Source: an uncultured Methylomirabilota bacterium (GTDB taxonomy: Bacteria; Methylomirabilota; Methylomirabilia; Methylomirabilales; 2-02-FULL-66-22). Taken from it: a stretch of 64,000 nucleotides of DNA. This document shows positions 40,323 to 51,271 of the stretch, in pieces. The notes beneath the pieces are model-generated. The model was not told the origin of the DNA, made no database searches, and worked only from the letters and a program-made list of their open reading frames with translations. The stretch lies in NCBI GenBank assembly GCA_963705305.1, contig OY970067.1, positions 4,864,001 through 4,928,000 on the forward strand, in the 5' to 3' direction. Positions within the stretch are counted from its first letter, which is position 1, and each line of letters starts with the position of its first letter. The translations under genes were made by a program, and so were the position numbers.

Positions 40323-41842
40323 CCCTAATCTCCGGCTAAGAAGTTGAGGGGGATCGCGAATCACGCAGCGGCCCGCAGTGCGCGCGGCCCGCGGGGTTGG
40401 CATCGGCCTTGCTTGGTTTCACCCAGTGGGTGCAAACACCACAAGGAGGAGAGCGATGCCCGACACCTCGCCCCGGTTGCCGTTCGAGATCGATGACGCG
40501 ATCGACCCCACGCTGGTCACGGGCCGGGCCGGGGTCCCGCTCGTGATCGAGCTGTTCCGCCAGCTCGGGGTGGCCCAGGCCGTCGACACCCACGTTGCGG
40601 TCAAGCAGCGGCAGCGCGGATTACCCCCCTCGCAGCTCGTGGAGAGTCTCGTCGCGTTGTGGACGAGCGGCGGGGACCGCTGCCAGGACCTCACGACGCT
40701 CCGGGAGGATCAGGCCCTGGCCACGCTGCTCGGCTACCCCCTGCCGGCCGCGACCACGGTCCGGGACTTCCTCGAGGCCTTCCACGTGGAGGACGGGCCG
40801 CTCTGGGTGGCCGGGCCCGCGGCCACGGTCCCCCTGGAGTCCGCCCCCTTGGCGGGCCTCGGACAGGCGAACCGGACGCTGGTCGCGGGCGTCCAGCGCG
40901 GGGCCCGGGCGGCGACGGCCACCCTGGATGTGGACGCGACGCTCGTCGAGAGCCACAAGGACGCGGCGACCGTGGCCTACGACGGGACCCGGGGCTACCA
41001 GCCCGTCGTGGTCCTCTGGGCCGAGCACGATGTCATCGTGCACGACCAGTTCCGCGATGGCCAGGTGCCCGCCGGGTGCGGCAACGTGCGCGTCCTCGAA
41101 CAGGCGGTGGCCAACTTGCCCCAGGGCGTGGACCGCATCTCCCTGCGGGCCGACAGCGCCCTCTACGAGACGGAGGTCCTCCGCTGGTGCGAGGAGAAGA
41201 AAATCGCCTACGCGATTAGCGCCGATATGTCCGCGCAGCTCCAGGCCGAGATCCGGCGCCTCCCCGCGGCCGCCTGGCAGCTCGAGCGGGAGGAGCCCGA
41301 GGCGATCCGGGCCTGGGCCGAAGTCCCCTACGTCCCCGAGGATGGCGATCACCGGAAGGCGCGGCCGTGCGTTCGCCGCTACCTCGCGGTGCGTATCCAG
41401 CGACGCCAGGGGAGCCTCTTCGCCGACGGGAGTAGCGTGCAGTACTTCGCCGTGGTCACCAATCGGCCGGAGGATGGGCTCACGATCCTCCGGTGGCACC
41501 GGGAGAAAGCAGGGACCATCGAGCACACCCATCACGTCCTCAAGACCGAGCTGGCGGCCGCCGCGCTGCCCAGTGGGAAGTTCGGGGCGAACGCCGCCTG
41601 GTTCCGGCTGAACGTGCTCACCTACAACCTGCTCACCGCGCTCAAGCGGTTGACCTTACCCGGAGATCTCCGGACCGCCCGGCCGAAGCGTCTCCGGTTC
41701 CTGCTGTTCAACACCGTCGGGAAGGTCGTCGCGCATGCCCGACGGACGCTCTTGCGGCTCTCGGGCGCCCTGCAGCACGCCTTGCTCGTCCGGGCGCGGC
41801 GCAAGATCGCCCGGCTGGCCACCGCTTAGCCGGAGATTAGGG
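40323..41842 (+). mobile_element. IS1380-family insertion sequence
   Basis: Perfect 18-bp TIR CCCTAATCTCCGGCTAAG / CTTAGCCGGAGATTAGGG; flanks TCCCT/GCCCT. Confidence 0.9.
40456..41829 (+). CDS. IS1380 family transposase
   Basis: TLDVDAT, GYQP, LRADSA, E...VLK, FGANAAW...LTYNL. Confidence 0.92.
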   Translation: MPDTSPRLPFEIDDAIDPTLVTGRAGVPLVIELFRQLGVAQAVDTHVAVKQRQRGLPPSQLVESLVALWTSGGDRCQDLTTLREDQALATLLGYPLPAATTVRDFLEAFHVEDGPLWVAGPAATVPLESAPLAGLGQANRTLVAGVQRGARAATATLDVDATLVESHKDAATVAYDGTRGYQPVVVLWAEHDVIVHDQFRDGQVPAGCGNVRVLEQAVANLPQGVDRISLRADSALYETEVLRWCEEKKIAYAISADMSAQLQAEIRRLPAAAWQLEREEPEAIRAWAEVPYVPEDGDHRKARPCVRRYLAVRIQRRQGSLFADGSSVQYFAVVTNRPEDGLTILRWHREKAGTIEHTHHVLKTELAAAALPSGKFGANAAWFRLNVLTYNLLTALKRLTLPGDLRTARPKRLRFLLFNTVGKVVAHARRTLLRLSGALQHALLVRARRKIARLATA

Positions 41843-42038
41843 GCCCTCGCCCCTGCTTGCATTGCCCCCGCTATCAGAGGTAGAGTGTCGCCGCTCGGAA
41901 CTGCCCTCAGGATGGACCAATCCGTGGGGGCAGGCCGGAGGAGGCGGCGAGGTTGGAGGGCCCAAGCCTCGCAACCGGGCAAGCGTCATCGGATGTACGG
42001 ACAAGTGGCCAGGGCGCAAGGCGCGAAAGGAGAAGGAA

Positions 42039-43208
42039 ATGACCCGAAGGATTGTTGGCGTCGGTATTGTTGCGGCATTGATCTCGCTCGCGCTCGCGAG
42101 CGTGAGCAGCGCGGCCGAGCCCGTCAAGATCGGCATCGTGAGCGAGCTGACAGGCTCCGGCGCAACGGCCGGCATCCGCTTTCAGCGGGGCGTGCTCATG
42201 GCGATGGACGATATCAACGCGAAGGGCGGAATGCTCGGGCGGCAGGTCGAGCAATTCAGCCTCGACACCAGGACAGAGCCGGCGGTCTCGGTCGCCGCGA
42301 TGATGAAAGCGGTGGAACAGAAGCCGTTTGTCGTCATGGGGACTGTGTACAGCGGCTCCACCATTGTCAATATGAAGGTGTTGGAACGGGCAGGCATTCC
42401 GCAAATCACGGCTTCCGGCGCACCCGAAATAACCGAGCAGGGGAATCTGAATATCTTCCGGATGGAGCTCAACAGCGCGCTCGAAATGAAGGAGACCGCC
42501 AAGTGGCTCACGGATGTCTTGAAGACCAAGAAGCTGGCGATCCTTTACAGCAGTGACGCCATGGGGAAGGGGTTGCGAGACGCACTCGTAGAGCTCCTCA
42601 AGCCCCAGGGTGTGCAGATTGTTGCGGATGTCACGAGCGAAGTTGGACAAAGCGACTTCACGGGGGAGCTGGCACGGATCAAGGCATCGGGAGCCGACAC
42701 ATTCTTTTTGTATGTGCACGAGGAGGAAACCGGCCGGGTATTTCGCCAAGCGCGGGAAATCGGCCTGAACAAGATGATGCGGTTTGTCGGATCCAGCACC
42801 CTTTTGACCGCCAACGTCTTGCGGCTGGCAGGCGATGCCGCGGACGGGGCGCTCGCGCATGTTGGCCTGACCAATACCTCCCCGGCGATCATGCCGGTAG
42901 CGGCGCGATACGAGAAGAAGTACCAGGAGCAGCCGGACCACAACTTCATGAAAGGGTATATTGGGCTGCAGATCGCGAACGCCGTCGTCGAGGAGACGAA
43001 ATCGTTTGACCAGCAGAAGTTCCGGGATTTCCTCCATAACCGGACCCTGTGCGTCAAAAAGCACCCGGGCATTCTGCTGGACGTCCATTACGACGGGAAG
43101 GGGGATTTTGACCGGGACACGTTCATCATCACCACCAAGAATGGCAAGCAGGTTCTGCAGGGGACTCTCCCCGCGCTGGAGCCGGCACTGCTCGCGGAAT
43201 GCAAATAG
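42039..43208 (+). CDS. ABC substrate-binding protein, branched-chain amino acid/LivJ fold (orphan)
   Basis: Signal peptide; VKIGIVSELTG, INAKGGMLGR, DFTGELARIK. Confidence 0.88.
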   Translation: MTRRIVGVGIVAALISLALASVSSAAEPVKIGIVSELTGSGATAGIRFQRGVLMAMDDINAKGGMLGRQVEQFSLDTRTEPAVSVAAMMKAVEQKPFVVMGTVYSGSTIVNMKVLERAGIPQITASGAPEITEQGNLNIFRMELNSALEMKETAKWLTDVLKTKKLAILYSSDAMGKGLRDALVELLKPQGVQIVADVTSEVGQSDFTGELARIKASGADTFFLYVHEEETGRVFRQAREIGLNKMMRFVGSSTLLTANVLRLAGDAADGALAHVGLTNTSPAIMPVAARYEKKYQEQPDHNFMKGYIGLQIANAVVEETKSFDQQKFRDFLHNRTLCVKKHPGILLDVHYDGKGDFDRDTFIITTKNGKQVLQGTLPALEPALLAECK

Positions 43209-43366
43209 CCGCCGCGGGCCGATTCTGCTCGTGCAACCTCTCGGCTGCTGGTCCGATCTCGGGTGATCGCGCGCTGGGCCCGCACCGTGGAAACCGACTT
43301 TGTTGACGAAGGGGGAAGACCTGTGGTACCTGCGCTCTGCCGGGACGAGTGTCCAGGCGGATAGGA

Positions 43367-43397
43367 TGCCGGGGGAGGGAATCGGACCCCCATGGGT
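43367..43397 (-). pseudogene. Degenerate tRNA (Leu-like) 3' fragment, possible att remnant
   Basis: Minus strand CCATGGGGGTCCGATTCCCTCCCCCGGCA resembles a T-arm plus acceptor 3' strand; no 5' half. Confidence 0.45.
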
Positions 43398-43511
43398 CCC
43401 TCGGGCGGGCAATTCGGGTCATGCCTACGCGGCCGATCCACGGTTACGGGCGCTACCGCAGGGGTCAGGCCGTGCGAGGACCTCGAGGCCGCGAGAAAGA
43501 GAGGCTCAGGA

Positions 43512-43597
43512 ACTCGCAACACTTCCTGACGGAATTGCTGGACTTCCGGGGCGCCGGAGGAGCCAACTCGCACCATTTCTCCCAATCTGGTGCGAGC
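43512..43597 (+). repeat. 86-bp three-box module, copy C
   Basis: ACTCGCAACA (0), ACTCGCACCA (+54), TGGTGCGAGC (+76); extra boxes at 43642 and 43760-43799. Confidence 0.78.
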
Positions 43598-44432
43598 CCG
43601 AGCCGCGGGATGCTCCTAAGTGCCGATACGCGGGCACAGAAGGTTGCGAGTTTCGGAGGGATTTCGAGAGACAGGATCGTGGGGATCAAATGGCAACACC
43701 TTGTCTACCGACAGCGGGATCGGTGCAGGGTGGATCCGTGCCGCAGGTCGGCACAACCTAGTGCGAGTCCTAGCTGGTTCGCCAACCGCGACTCGCACTC
43801 CGGATGTGAGAGGCGCTTGCGTGGATACGGTTCGAGGCCCTCGCGTGATGCGCGGGGGGTGGGCCCACACATGGCAGATCGCCCACCAGGCCCAGGAACC
43901 CGGAGCGCACCGCCACCGAGCCCGCCACATTAAAATCGGCCGGCCCTAAATATTGAGATTCGGATGAGTACCGGGTCCGCCCTCGCGCTCGGCAGCTGCA
44001 GGGCGTGCCTCCGGGGAGTCTCTGTGGTTTCGTCACCTCCCGACTTCAACCGACGAACAGGGCAGAGCACCCTCGCCCCGTCGGCTCGTCCGCCCAGCCC
44101 AAGTCCCCGGCTGGTCTCCCACCGAGGCCGATCCCTGGGAGTATGCCCCCACCCGCTGACGGAACCCGGATGCCCCTGGGCGGCCCGCCGCGGTCTCTCT
44201 CCGTGCGCGGCCTCCCCTCGACCCTCCTCGGGCACGGGGCCGCCTTTCTCATTGACAGGCCAGCCGGTGTTTTATACGGTGGCCTGGCACGAAGCGAGGG
44301 GCAACCCGCGGTGCCTCGCCCGACGGCCATGTGGCGCCGGGGACGCCGTGCGGCGTCGCTGGCACCTTCGGCGAGCGTCGGCACCTGGCGCACCCCCCCG
44401 AGGCGCCGCACCCTGATGGGGGAGGAATGGCG

Positions 44433-46988
44433 ATGGATCGATCGGTAGCGAACCCGGGTGAGGCTGGCAGGGGCTCCCGACTGGTCGCCCATGTGACCGA
44501 GGAGGCGTTGTACGATCGGGATCCGTCGACGGGCGAGACCTGGCGGAGTGAGGCCCACCAGAGGCTGTTCGGATCCTCGGCGGAGACGGCGGGGAACGAA
44601 TGGTGGCAGGAGAGGATCCACCCGGCGGACAGGGAGAGCGTCACCGCCAGCCTGCAGGCGGCCCTCGCGGGGACCGGCCAATCCTGGACCCGGGAGTACC
44701 GGTTCCGCCGGGCCGACGAGTCGTACGCCCGCGTCCTTGACCGCGCCTGGGTCGTGCGGGGGGACACCGGGAACCCGGTCCGGGTGATCGGGGCGATGGT
44801 GGACCTCTCGGGCCGGAAGCAGGCGGAGGACGCCCTGCGGGTTCGAGCGCACCAGCTCGACGCCATCCGCACGGTCACCGAGGAGATCACCCGGGAGCTG
44901 GATCTCACCACCATCCTGGACCTGATCCACCAACGGGCGGTGGCGTTGGTCGGCGCGGAGGGGGGGACCATCTACCTCTGGGAGGAAGCGGCCGAGTGTC
45001 TCGCCCCAGCGATTTGGCACGGGCACGGGGACTGGCTCGGTGCGGCGCGCCTGAAGCGCGGCGATGGGCTGGCCGGGGTCGTCGCAGAGCGCCGGGAGGG
45101 CCTGATCGTCAACGACTACCGGCACTCCCCGCACGCCCATCCCTTCATCCTGGAGCACAGTCAGGTCTCCGCGGTCCTCGGCGAGCCCCTCCTCTACCAG
45201 GGGCGCCTCTTGGGGGTCATCACCCTGGTCCACGAGGATCCCCGGCGCGTCTTCACGGAGCAGGATCGCGAGCTCCTGGCCCTCTTCGCCAGTCCGGCGG
45301 CCATCGCCATCGAGAACGCCCGGCTCTACACGGCGACCTCCCAGCGCCTCCGGGAGATGACGGCACTCTACGACGTGAGCCGCGCGACCACCTCCACCCT
45401 GGACCTCGACGCGCAACTGGAGGCGCTCCTCCAGCGGCTGATCCAGGCGGGCGCCCAGCGCGCGATGGTCAGCCTCGTGGAGGCGGGGGGCGGGGGGCAG
45501 CCCCACTTGCGCCTCGCGTACGACGCCTCCCGGGCCGATCCCTGGCTCCGCGACCTCGACCTGGCCCCGGACACGTACCCGGAGGTCCAAGTGGTGGGGC
45601 GGACCCGCCAGCCCCTCCTGATCCCCGATGTCCGCTCGGCACCTCTCCTGGAGGCCGTCCGGGACCGCCTGGAGGCCGTCGGCCTCCGAACGTTGGCGAT
45701 CCTCCCCTTGCTCGTCCGGGACGAGGCCATCGGCGCCATCAGTCTGGGCTTCAGGGGCCCGGGTCGGACCGTCAGCGACGCGGACCTCCGGTTCTACCAG
45801 AGCCTGGCCGACCTCGCCGCCATGGCCATCGCCAACTCGCGGCTGTTCGCCCAGGCGTCCCGCGCGCAGGCGGACTGGGAGAACACCTTCAATTCCCTCA
45901 GCGAGCTGGTGGCAGTCATCGACGCCGACCGCCGCCTGCTCCGGGTCAACCGGGCCCTGGCGGATCGGCTCCAGACGGCCCCCGCGGCCCTGGTGGGGCA
46001 GCACTGTTACACCGCCCTCCATGGGACCGATTGCCCGTGGCCGCAGTGCCCCCATGCCGACACCCTTGCCACGGGACAGCATTCGACCAGGGACGTCGAG
46101 GACCCGCATCTCGGCGGGATTTTCCACGTGACCACCTCGCCCCTGCGCGATGCCGAGGGCCGGGCCCTGGGCGCCGTGCACATCGCCCGGGACATCACGG
46201 AGGAGCGGCGGCTCGAGGGGGAATCCCGGCAACGCCAGCGGTTCGAGGATCTCAGCCGGGCCAAGTCGGCCTTCATCGCGAGCATGTCCCACGAGCTCCG
46301 GTCGCCGCTGAACGCCATCCTCGGCTTCGCCGACCTGTTGCTCGAGCAGGCGCCGGACCCGCTCTCCGAGAAGCAGGCGCGCCACCTCGGCCACATCCGC
46401 AAAGCCGGCCAGCACCTCCTCCAGCTCATCAGTGACATCCTGGACCTCGCCAGGGTGGAGGCGGGGAAAATCGAGCTCCACCGGGAGCCCCTGCCGGTGG
46501 CCGCCACCGTGGAGGACATCCTGGCGATTGCCCGGGGGCAGGCGAACAAGAAGGCCCAGAGTCTCCTGATGGAGATCGCCCCGGACCTCCCCTTGCTCTC
46601 GGCGGATCCCGTGCGCTTCAAGCAGATCTGCTTCAACCTCCTCAGCAACGCCGTGAAGTTCACCCCGGAGCACGGCAGGATCACGCTCACGGCGCAGCGT
46701 GCGCCCACGGATCCGGCGCTCCTGGAGATCCGCGTGACGGACACCGGGGCCGGCATCCGGCCGGAGGATCTGCCGCGCCTGTTCACAGAGTTCACCCAGC
46801 TCGAGACCACCCGCGAGCAGCACCGCGAGGGCACCGGCCTGGGCCTCACCCTGACGAAGCAGCTCGTCGAGCTGCACGGCGGCCGGATCTGGGCGGAATC
46901 CGACGGCGCGGGCCGGGGGAGCACCTTCGCGGTCCTCCTGCCATTGGGCGGACCGCCGGAGGGCCCAGCCGGATCCCCGTCCTCCTGA
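44433..46988 (+). CDS. Cytoplasmic sensor histidine kinase (PAS-GAF-GAF-PAS-HisKA-HATPase)
   Basis: IHPADR, two GAFs, SHELRSPL, NLLSNAVKFT, DTGAGI, GTGLGL. Confidence 0.93.
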   Translation: MDRSVANPGEAGRGSRLVAHVTEEALYDRDPSTGETWRSEAHQRLFGSSAETAGNEWWQERIHPADRESVTASLQAALAGTGQSWTREYRFRRADESYARVLDRAWVVRGDTGNPVRVIGAMVDLSGRKQAEDALRVRAHQLDAIRTVTEEITRELDLTTILDLIHQRAVALVGAEGGTIYLWEEAAECLAPAIWHGHGDWLGAARLKRGDGLAGVVAERREGLIVNDYRHSPHAHPFILEHSQVSAVLGEPLLYQGRLLGVITLVHEDPRRVFTEQDRELLALFASPAAIAIENARLYTATSQRLREMTALYDVSRATTSTLDLDAQLEALLQRLIQAGAQRAMVSLVEAGGGGQPHLRLAYDASRADPWLRDLDLAPDTYPEVQVVGRTRQPLLIPDVRSAPLLEAVRDRLEAVGLRTLAILPLLVRDEAIGAISLGFRGPGRTVSDADLRFYQSLADLAAMAIANSRLFAQASRAQADWENTFNSLSELVAVIDADRRLLRVNRALADRLQTAPAALVGQHCYTALHGTDCPWPQCPHADTLATGQHSTRDVEDPHLGGIFHVTTSPLRDAEGRALGAVHIARDITEERRLEGESRQRQRFEDLSRAKSAFIASMSHELRSPLNAILGFADLLLEQAPDPLSEKQARHLGHIRKAGQHLLQLISDILDLARVEAGKIELHREPLPVAATVEDILAIARGQANKKAQSLLMEIAPDLPLLSADPVRFKQICFNLLSNAVKFTPEHGRITLTAQRAPTDPALLEIRVTDTGAGIRPEDLPRLFTEFTQLETTREQHREGTGLGLTLTKQLVELHGGRIWAESDGAGRGSTFAVLLPLGGPPEGPAGSPSS

Positions 46989-47102
46989 GACGCGTGGGCT
47001 CCATTCTGACCGGGGCTTGCCTCCGCTCGAGGCTGCGCCGAGTACGAAGGGGGCGTTTCGGGTCTCCGTTGGCTCACCACTGTGGTTCCAAGGCATCCGC
47101 CG

Positions 47103-47327
47103 TTAAAGGGGACGTTGCATTATCTGTCATATCTTGCCTTCCCCGGACCACTTCTCCCGAGGAGGGGAAGGACTCGGATGGCGCGCACAGCCGGGTCTAG
47201 CCCACCATGCCTGCATCCTGCGGACTACCCACCCCCCCTCCCTTGCCCTAACCCGCGGGCTTCCCCTATTGCTCCCGCTGGCCAGAAACGCAGAAGATTA
47301 TACAAATAATGCTACGTCCCGTATTTC
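47103..47327. mobile_element. 225-bp non-autonomous element, copy 1
   Basis: Terminal IR GGGACGTTGCATTATCTGT / ACAAATAATGCTACGTCCC; near-identical to 55449-55672. Confidence 0.75.
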
Positions 47328-47434
47328 AGAAACGGCAGGGTCCCCCTTCACGATGCGAGCACGAGGGCCTACCCCGCGAACGAAGCCGCGCTAGTGAATG
47401 TGCAGCCAACCTCCGCGCTGCCGAGTAGCTGGCC

Positions 47435-48994
47435 CTACTCTTCTTTCCAAGTATCCTTGGTGCAGTACACCAATTCCAGCGGCGAGTTGACGACGTTGTG
47501 AACCTTCAGCGACATGCCCACGGTCTCTTTGGTCGCCAGGAGGTAGATGGCCATGGGATCTTGGGCCAGGATCTCCTGGGCCTTTTGCATGTAGGCGTCT
47601 CGCTCCTTCACGTTCCGCGAGGCCACAGCCTTGTCAACCGTCTCGTCGAGCGCCTTGTTGCAGTAGTACCCCGCATTGTTGCCGGTAGGGCCCCACTGCG
47701 TGCAGTTGCTGAGGCCGAAGATCACCCAGCGGGCCTCGCCGGTGGAGGCGGCGAACCCCAAGAGCCACATCTCTTGCTTCGCCTCCTCCTTCGGCTTCCG
47801 AAGTGTGGAGAGGTAAGTCCCCCAGTCGAAGGTCTCCAGCTTGGCGTCGATCCCGACGTCCCGGAGCTGCTGCTGGATCGCCTGGGCGAGCTCATAGTCC
47901 TTCAAGTAGCGCCCCTTGGGGGTCCAGAGCGTGGTCTTGAAGCCGTTGGGGTAGCCGGCCTCGGCCAAGAGCCGCTTGGCCTTGGTTGGATCATAGCCGT
48001 ACCCCTTCACCGGCGCATACCCGACGTTGAGGGGGCCAACCACGGTCGGGACCACCGCGGCTCGATCCTGGTAGATGTTCTTCACGATGGAGTTCTTATC
48101 CACCGCGTAGTTCAAGGCCTGCCGCACGCGGACGTTGTCGAATGGCTTCTTGGTGACGTTGAATCCGATGTAAAGGACGCGGTTGCTCTGTTCCGCATAG
48201 ACCCGGACCTTCCCCTCACGCATGAGCTGTGGTACCTCTTCCGGCGGGATGCGGACGATCAAGTCGTAGTCCCCCGCCTCCAGGCCCAGCACCCGGGCGG
48301 AGTCCTCGCGGACCGTCTTCACGATGATTTTATCCAGGTACGGCTTTCCTGCGTAGTAGTCGTCGTTTCGCACCAGGGTGACGTGATCGCCGCGCACCCA
48401 CTCCACGAACTTGAAGGGGCCGGTCCCCACCGGATGCAGGGTCAGGTCCTTCCCCCACTTCTTGTGGGCCGTGGGGCTGACGATACCCGAGGCGCTGTGG
48501 GCCAGGTTGTTCAGGAAGAAGGCGAAGGGGACCTTGAGGTGAAAGCGCACCGTGTACTCGCCCACCACCTCCACCGACTTGATGATGGGAGCATGCAGGC
48601 CCGACTTCAGAGGCCTGTCTGGTCCGAGGAATCGATCGAAGGTGTACTTCACTGCCTCCGCGTCCAGGGGCGTGCCGTCGTGGAAGGTCACGCCCTTGCG
48701 CAGGGTGAAAGTCCAGGTGAGCCCGTCCGCGGACTGGCGCCACTGCGTGGCCAGGTCGGGCACGATGTGCATTTGAGGGTCGAATTTCACTAGGTAGTTG
48801 TAGAGCATGTGGCCGACGGCCTCACCGGTGTTGCTGTCGGTGTTGGCCGGATCCAGGTTGTCGGGGTCCGCTCCGGCAGCGTAGATCAGCGTGCCGCCGC
48901 TCTGCGGCTGCGTCGCCGTCCAGGCACCGGGTGCCAGGGCAAGTACCGCGATCAAGAGCACCGACCAGAAACTCCATCCTCTTTGTGGCATCAC
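47435..48994 (-). CDS. ABC peptide/glutathione substrate-binding protein, family 5 (orphan)
   Basis: Signal peptide; LRKGVTFHDGTP, PVGTGPF, VRQALNYAVD. Confidence 0.92.
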   Translation of the reverse strand: MMPQRGWSFWSVLLIAVLALAPGAWTATQPQSGGTLIYAAGADPDNLDPANTDSNTGEAVGHMLYNYLVKFDPQMHIVPDLATQWRQSADGLTWTFTLRKGVTFHDGTPLDAEAVKYTFDRFLGPDRPLKSGLHAPIIKSVEVVGEYTVRFHLKVPFAFFLNNLAHSASGIVSPTAHKKWGKDLTLHPVGTGPFKFVEWVRGDHVTLVRNDDYYAGKPYLDKIIVKTVREDSARVLGLEAGDYDLIVRIPPEEVPQLMREGKVRVYAEQSNRVLYIGFNVTKKPFDNVRVRQALNYAVDKNSIVKNIYQDRAAVVPTVVGPLNVGYAPVKGYGYDPTKAKRLLAEAGYPNGFKTTLWTPKGRYLKDYELAQAIQQQLRDVGIDAKLETFDWGTYLSTLRKPKEEAKQEMWLLGFAASTGEARWVIFGLSNCTQWGPTGNNAGYYCNKALDETVDKAVASRNVKERDAYMQKAQEILAQDPMAIYLLATKETVGMSLKVHNVVNSPLELVYCTKDTWKEE

Positions 48995-49287
48995 AAGACC
49001 CTCCTAACCTGTAAGTCTGGACGTAGCGCACTTATCGCACTTGTTCGAAGCTGGCTCGGGTCCCCCGACTATTCGCCCGAACAAAAGACGCCGATCCTCA
49101 TTCGAGAACCGGCGTTTCGATGCGCGTTGGCTCCCTCCACGAGAACGGGGACCGATGATCGGGGTCCGGAGAACAGGGCGCATGTGGACGCGTCCGATCT
49201 TCAGGCCCTTCCGCTTTCCGAGGGGGATTGTCGATTGTGGGTGGGTTATATCAAATGGCTGAGGGCAAAGCAAGCAAGGAGCAAGGA

Positions 49288-49437
49288 CCCAAATCTCCGG
49301 CTAACCTGTGCATCGCCTCTACGGGGCGCCACCCGTCGGGTGCGACCAGGTCCGAGGCGGGCAGCCGGCCCCGCAGCCATGAATGCGGGCGCGACTCATG
49401 TGCGCTACCGGCCTGCGACGTTAGCCGGAGATTAAGG
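49288..49437. mobile_element. 150-bp MITE with IS1380-type ends
   Basis: CCCAAATCTCCGGCTAAC ... GTTAGCCGGAGATTAAGG flanked by 5-bp direct repeat AAGGA. Confidence 0.85.
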
Positions 49438-49702
49438 AAGGAGGTCTGGCGGAACGTGGAACAAGGGCGAGGGGGTCAGCAACGGCACGAGGCGCAGGAG
49501 ATAGTGCCTCCTCGCTGGCAGACCTCTTTCCTCGGAGTTCACCTGAGCGGGCATGCATTTTGTTCAACTGGCCGCCCGTCCCTCCGCCGAGGTAGGCCCC
49601 GCGCCTCCCGCCCGCCGCCTCGTTTTGGTCCAGGACCGGGGAGACGGCAGCCGAGCAGACAGCAGCGCAGCCATCCCGACTGACGCCGGGAGTGCGGCCG
49701 GC

Positions 49703-50473
49703 TCAGCCTGGGACCGGGATCCGCCAGCCTGAGAAGCCATAGTCGGAGTTGTCCGGATCGAAGTCTCGACCCGGGAGGCCCGGATTGAGGCGCAAATGGG
49801 AGTAGGTGTAGTCCTCGACGAGTCGATCGTCCCAATCGTACACCACCACCCGAATGGGAAGGCCGCTCTCCTCGTCGAATGAAAGGAGGACTCGGTAGGC
49901 GTAATAGCCTGCCCCCGCGTCTCGGGGCAGGATGCTTTCAATCGTGCGGACCGGGCGTCCGGCCACCTCCCCCGGACCGCGATCCACCACCTGCAGGACG
50001 CCGCTCCGGGCCGCCCGCCGGGCGTTGTCCCCTACGATCTCCAGCAACCGTCCAATGCCGACATCGGTCACCGGGTGCCTGCTCTTCTCCATGACCCGGC
50101 GGTCCCCCGGATCCAGGGCGGCGGTGAAGAGGCGCCGCAGCACCCCCCGCGGCTCGTACACGAGAAATCTCCCGTCGTAGGCGCCATTGACGTAGAGACC
50201 TTCCCGACCCTTTCCGGGGCCTTCGAGCCATTTCATGTACACTTTGAACGGACGCTGGAATTTCAAGAGGATTCTCTGTTCGGGAAGAAGGATACCCTGC
50301 ACGCGGTCCCGGCTGATCATAATGGACGTGTAGTCGTAGACCCCGGCGTAGGATCGCTCGGCTCGTTCCAGTAGCCGCACAAGCTCGGCGGGGCCGGCCG
50401 CCAGGATCGAGCCGGGCGCGCCGAGGATCAGCCCACACACCAACAGCAAGATGGTCTTCCACATCCGATACAT
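49703..50473 (-). CDS. DUF1571 / LolA-like periplasmic protein
   Basis: Signal peptide; KFQRPFKVYMKW, SRHPVTDVG, LVEDYTYS.LRLNPGL...DFDP.N.DY.F. Confidence 0.8.
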   Translation of the reverse strand: MYRMWKTILLLVCGLILGAPGSILAAGPAELVRLLERAERSYAGVYDYTSIMISRDRVQGILLPEQRILLKFQRPFKVYMKWLEGPGKGREGLYVNGAYDGRFLVYEPRGVLRRLFTAALDPGDRRVMEKSRHPVTDVGIGRLLEIVGDNARRAARSGVLQVVDRGPGEVAGRPVRTIESILPRDAGAGYYAYRVLLSFDEESGLPIRVVVYDWDDRLVEDYTYSHLRLNPGLPGRDFDPDNSDYGFSGWRIPVPG

Positions 50474-51271
50474 GCAGACCTCGATGCGTGCCCGTGGCTT
50501 CACAGCCCCACGGCGAAGCGGATGCGAGACAGATCGTTACTCAAATGTGGATAGAGGCCGACCCATAGCGTGCATGACTCACGAGCCGCTGGAGCACAAG
50601 TTGGGTGAAATCTGGCGCATGAGTGGTGTTCTGGTGGAAGTCCGCCTGCGCGAGATGCTTCGGGAGGTGCGGCGGCGGAAGCTTCCGATGTCGCGCCCGC
50701 CGGGTTGGTTTCGTGTGAACCCGGGATATGCCCTGTTTATGCGTCGCTTGAGCTCTGATTCCTGGTTGGAAAACCCAGCGTGCCTGTCCTCTCGGTGTAC
50801 AACTCGAAGAGCCCCGTGAGATCATCGCGGAAGAAAACGGCCGGCCTGTTGAGGCGATGAACGGTGCGTCCTCGCAGGCACTTGAAGTCAAAGAGGCGAT
50901 CCTTCGGGCTGCCCGTGCGGTAGGTCTCCCACATCATCGAGAGGTACTCCGGATTCTCATCGTTCGGCCGACACCGCCAATATGAAGGATTCGGAGGGCT
51001 TCCTGCGTGACTCTCCTCCGCACACCCCGCACGGCAAAATCAGGTGGCGCTGACCCCACGAGGATGGCAAGGGGACGTCCCAGATGTAGCCGATGATTGC
51101 GTGACTCCCTCCTTGCTGACCCACGATGGAGAGGACATGCTCACCGGGATGCCATTCCTTGTGGGGGGGGCTGACTGCGTATTCCGGCGATCTCGGCCGC
51201 CCAGTCCGGCGGGATGTCGGCCACGCGTTCCGGCGCATGCCGGCCGGAGCGAAGCGACGCTGGGCGTTCGG

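Larger units (their letters stand above)
40220..41936 (+). pseudogene. IS3-family 3' remnant interrupted by IS1380
   Basis: LPRGAIEYRLSAPEA left of the IS and TGGACCAATCCGTGGGGGCAGGCC at 41913-41936, both matching the IS3 end at 63300-63502. Confidence 0.55.

Noticed and set aside
44281..44420. Possible riboswitch in the kinase leader
   Set aside because: GC-rich hairpins are possible but I recognise no aptamer consensus; needs an Infernal/Rfam search
44046..47096. Long ORFs such as 1016 aa (-), 6-2051 (+) and 33640-35403 (+)
   Set aside because: Antisense shadows of recognisable genes in GC-rich DNA
50737..50960. Short ORF fragment next to IS21
   Set aside because: No recognisable motif or convincing start
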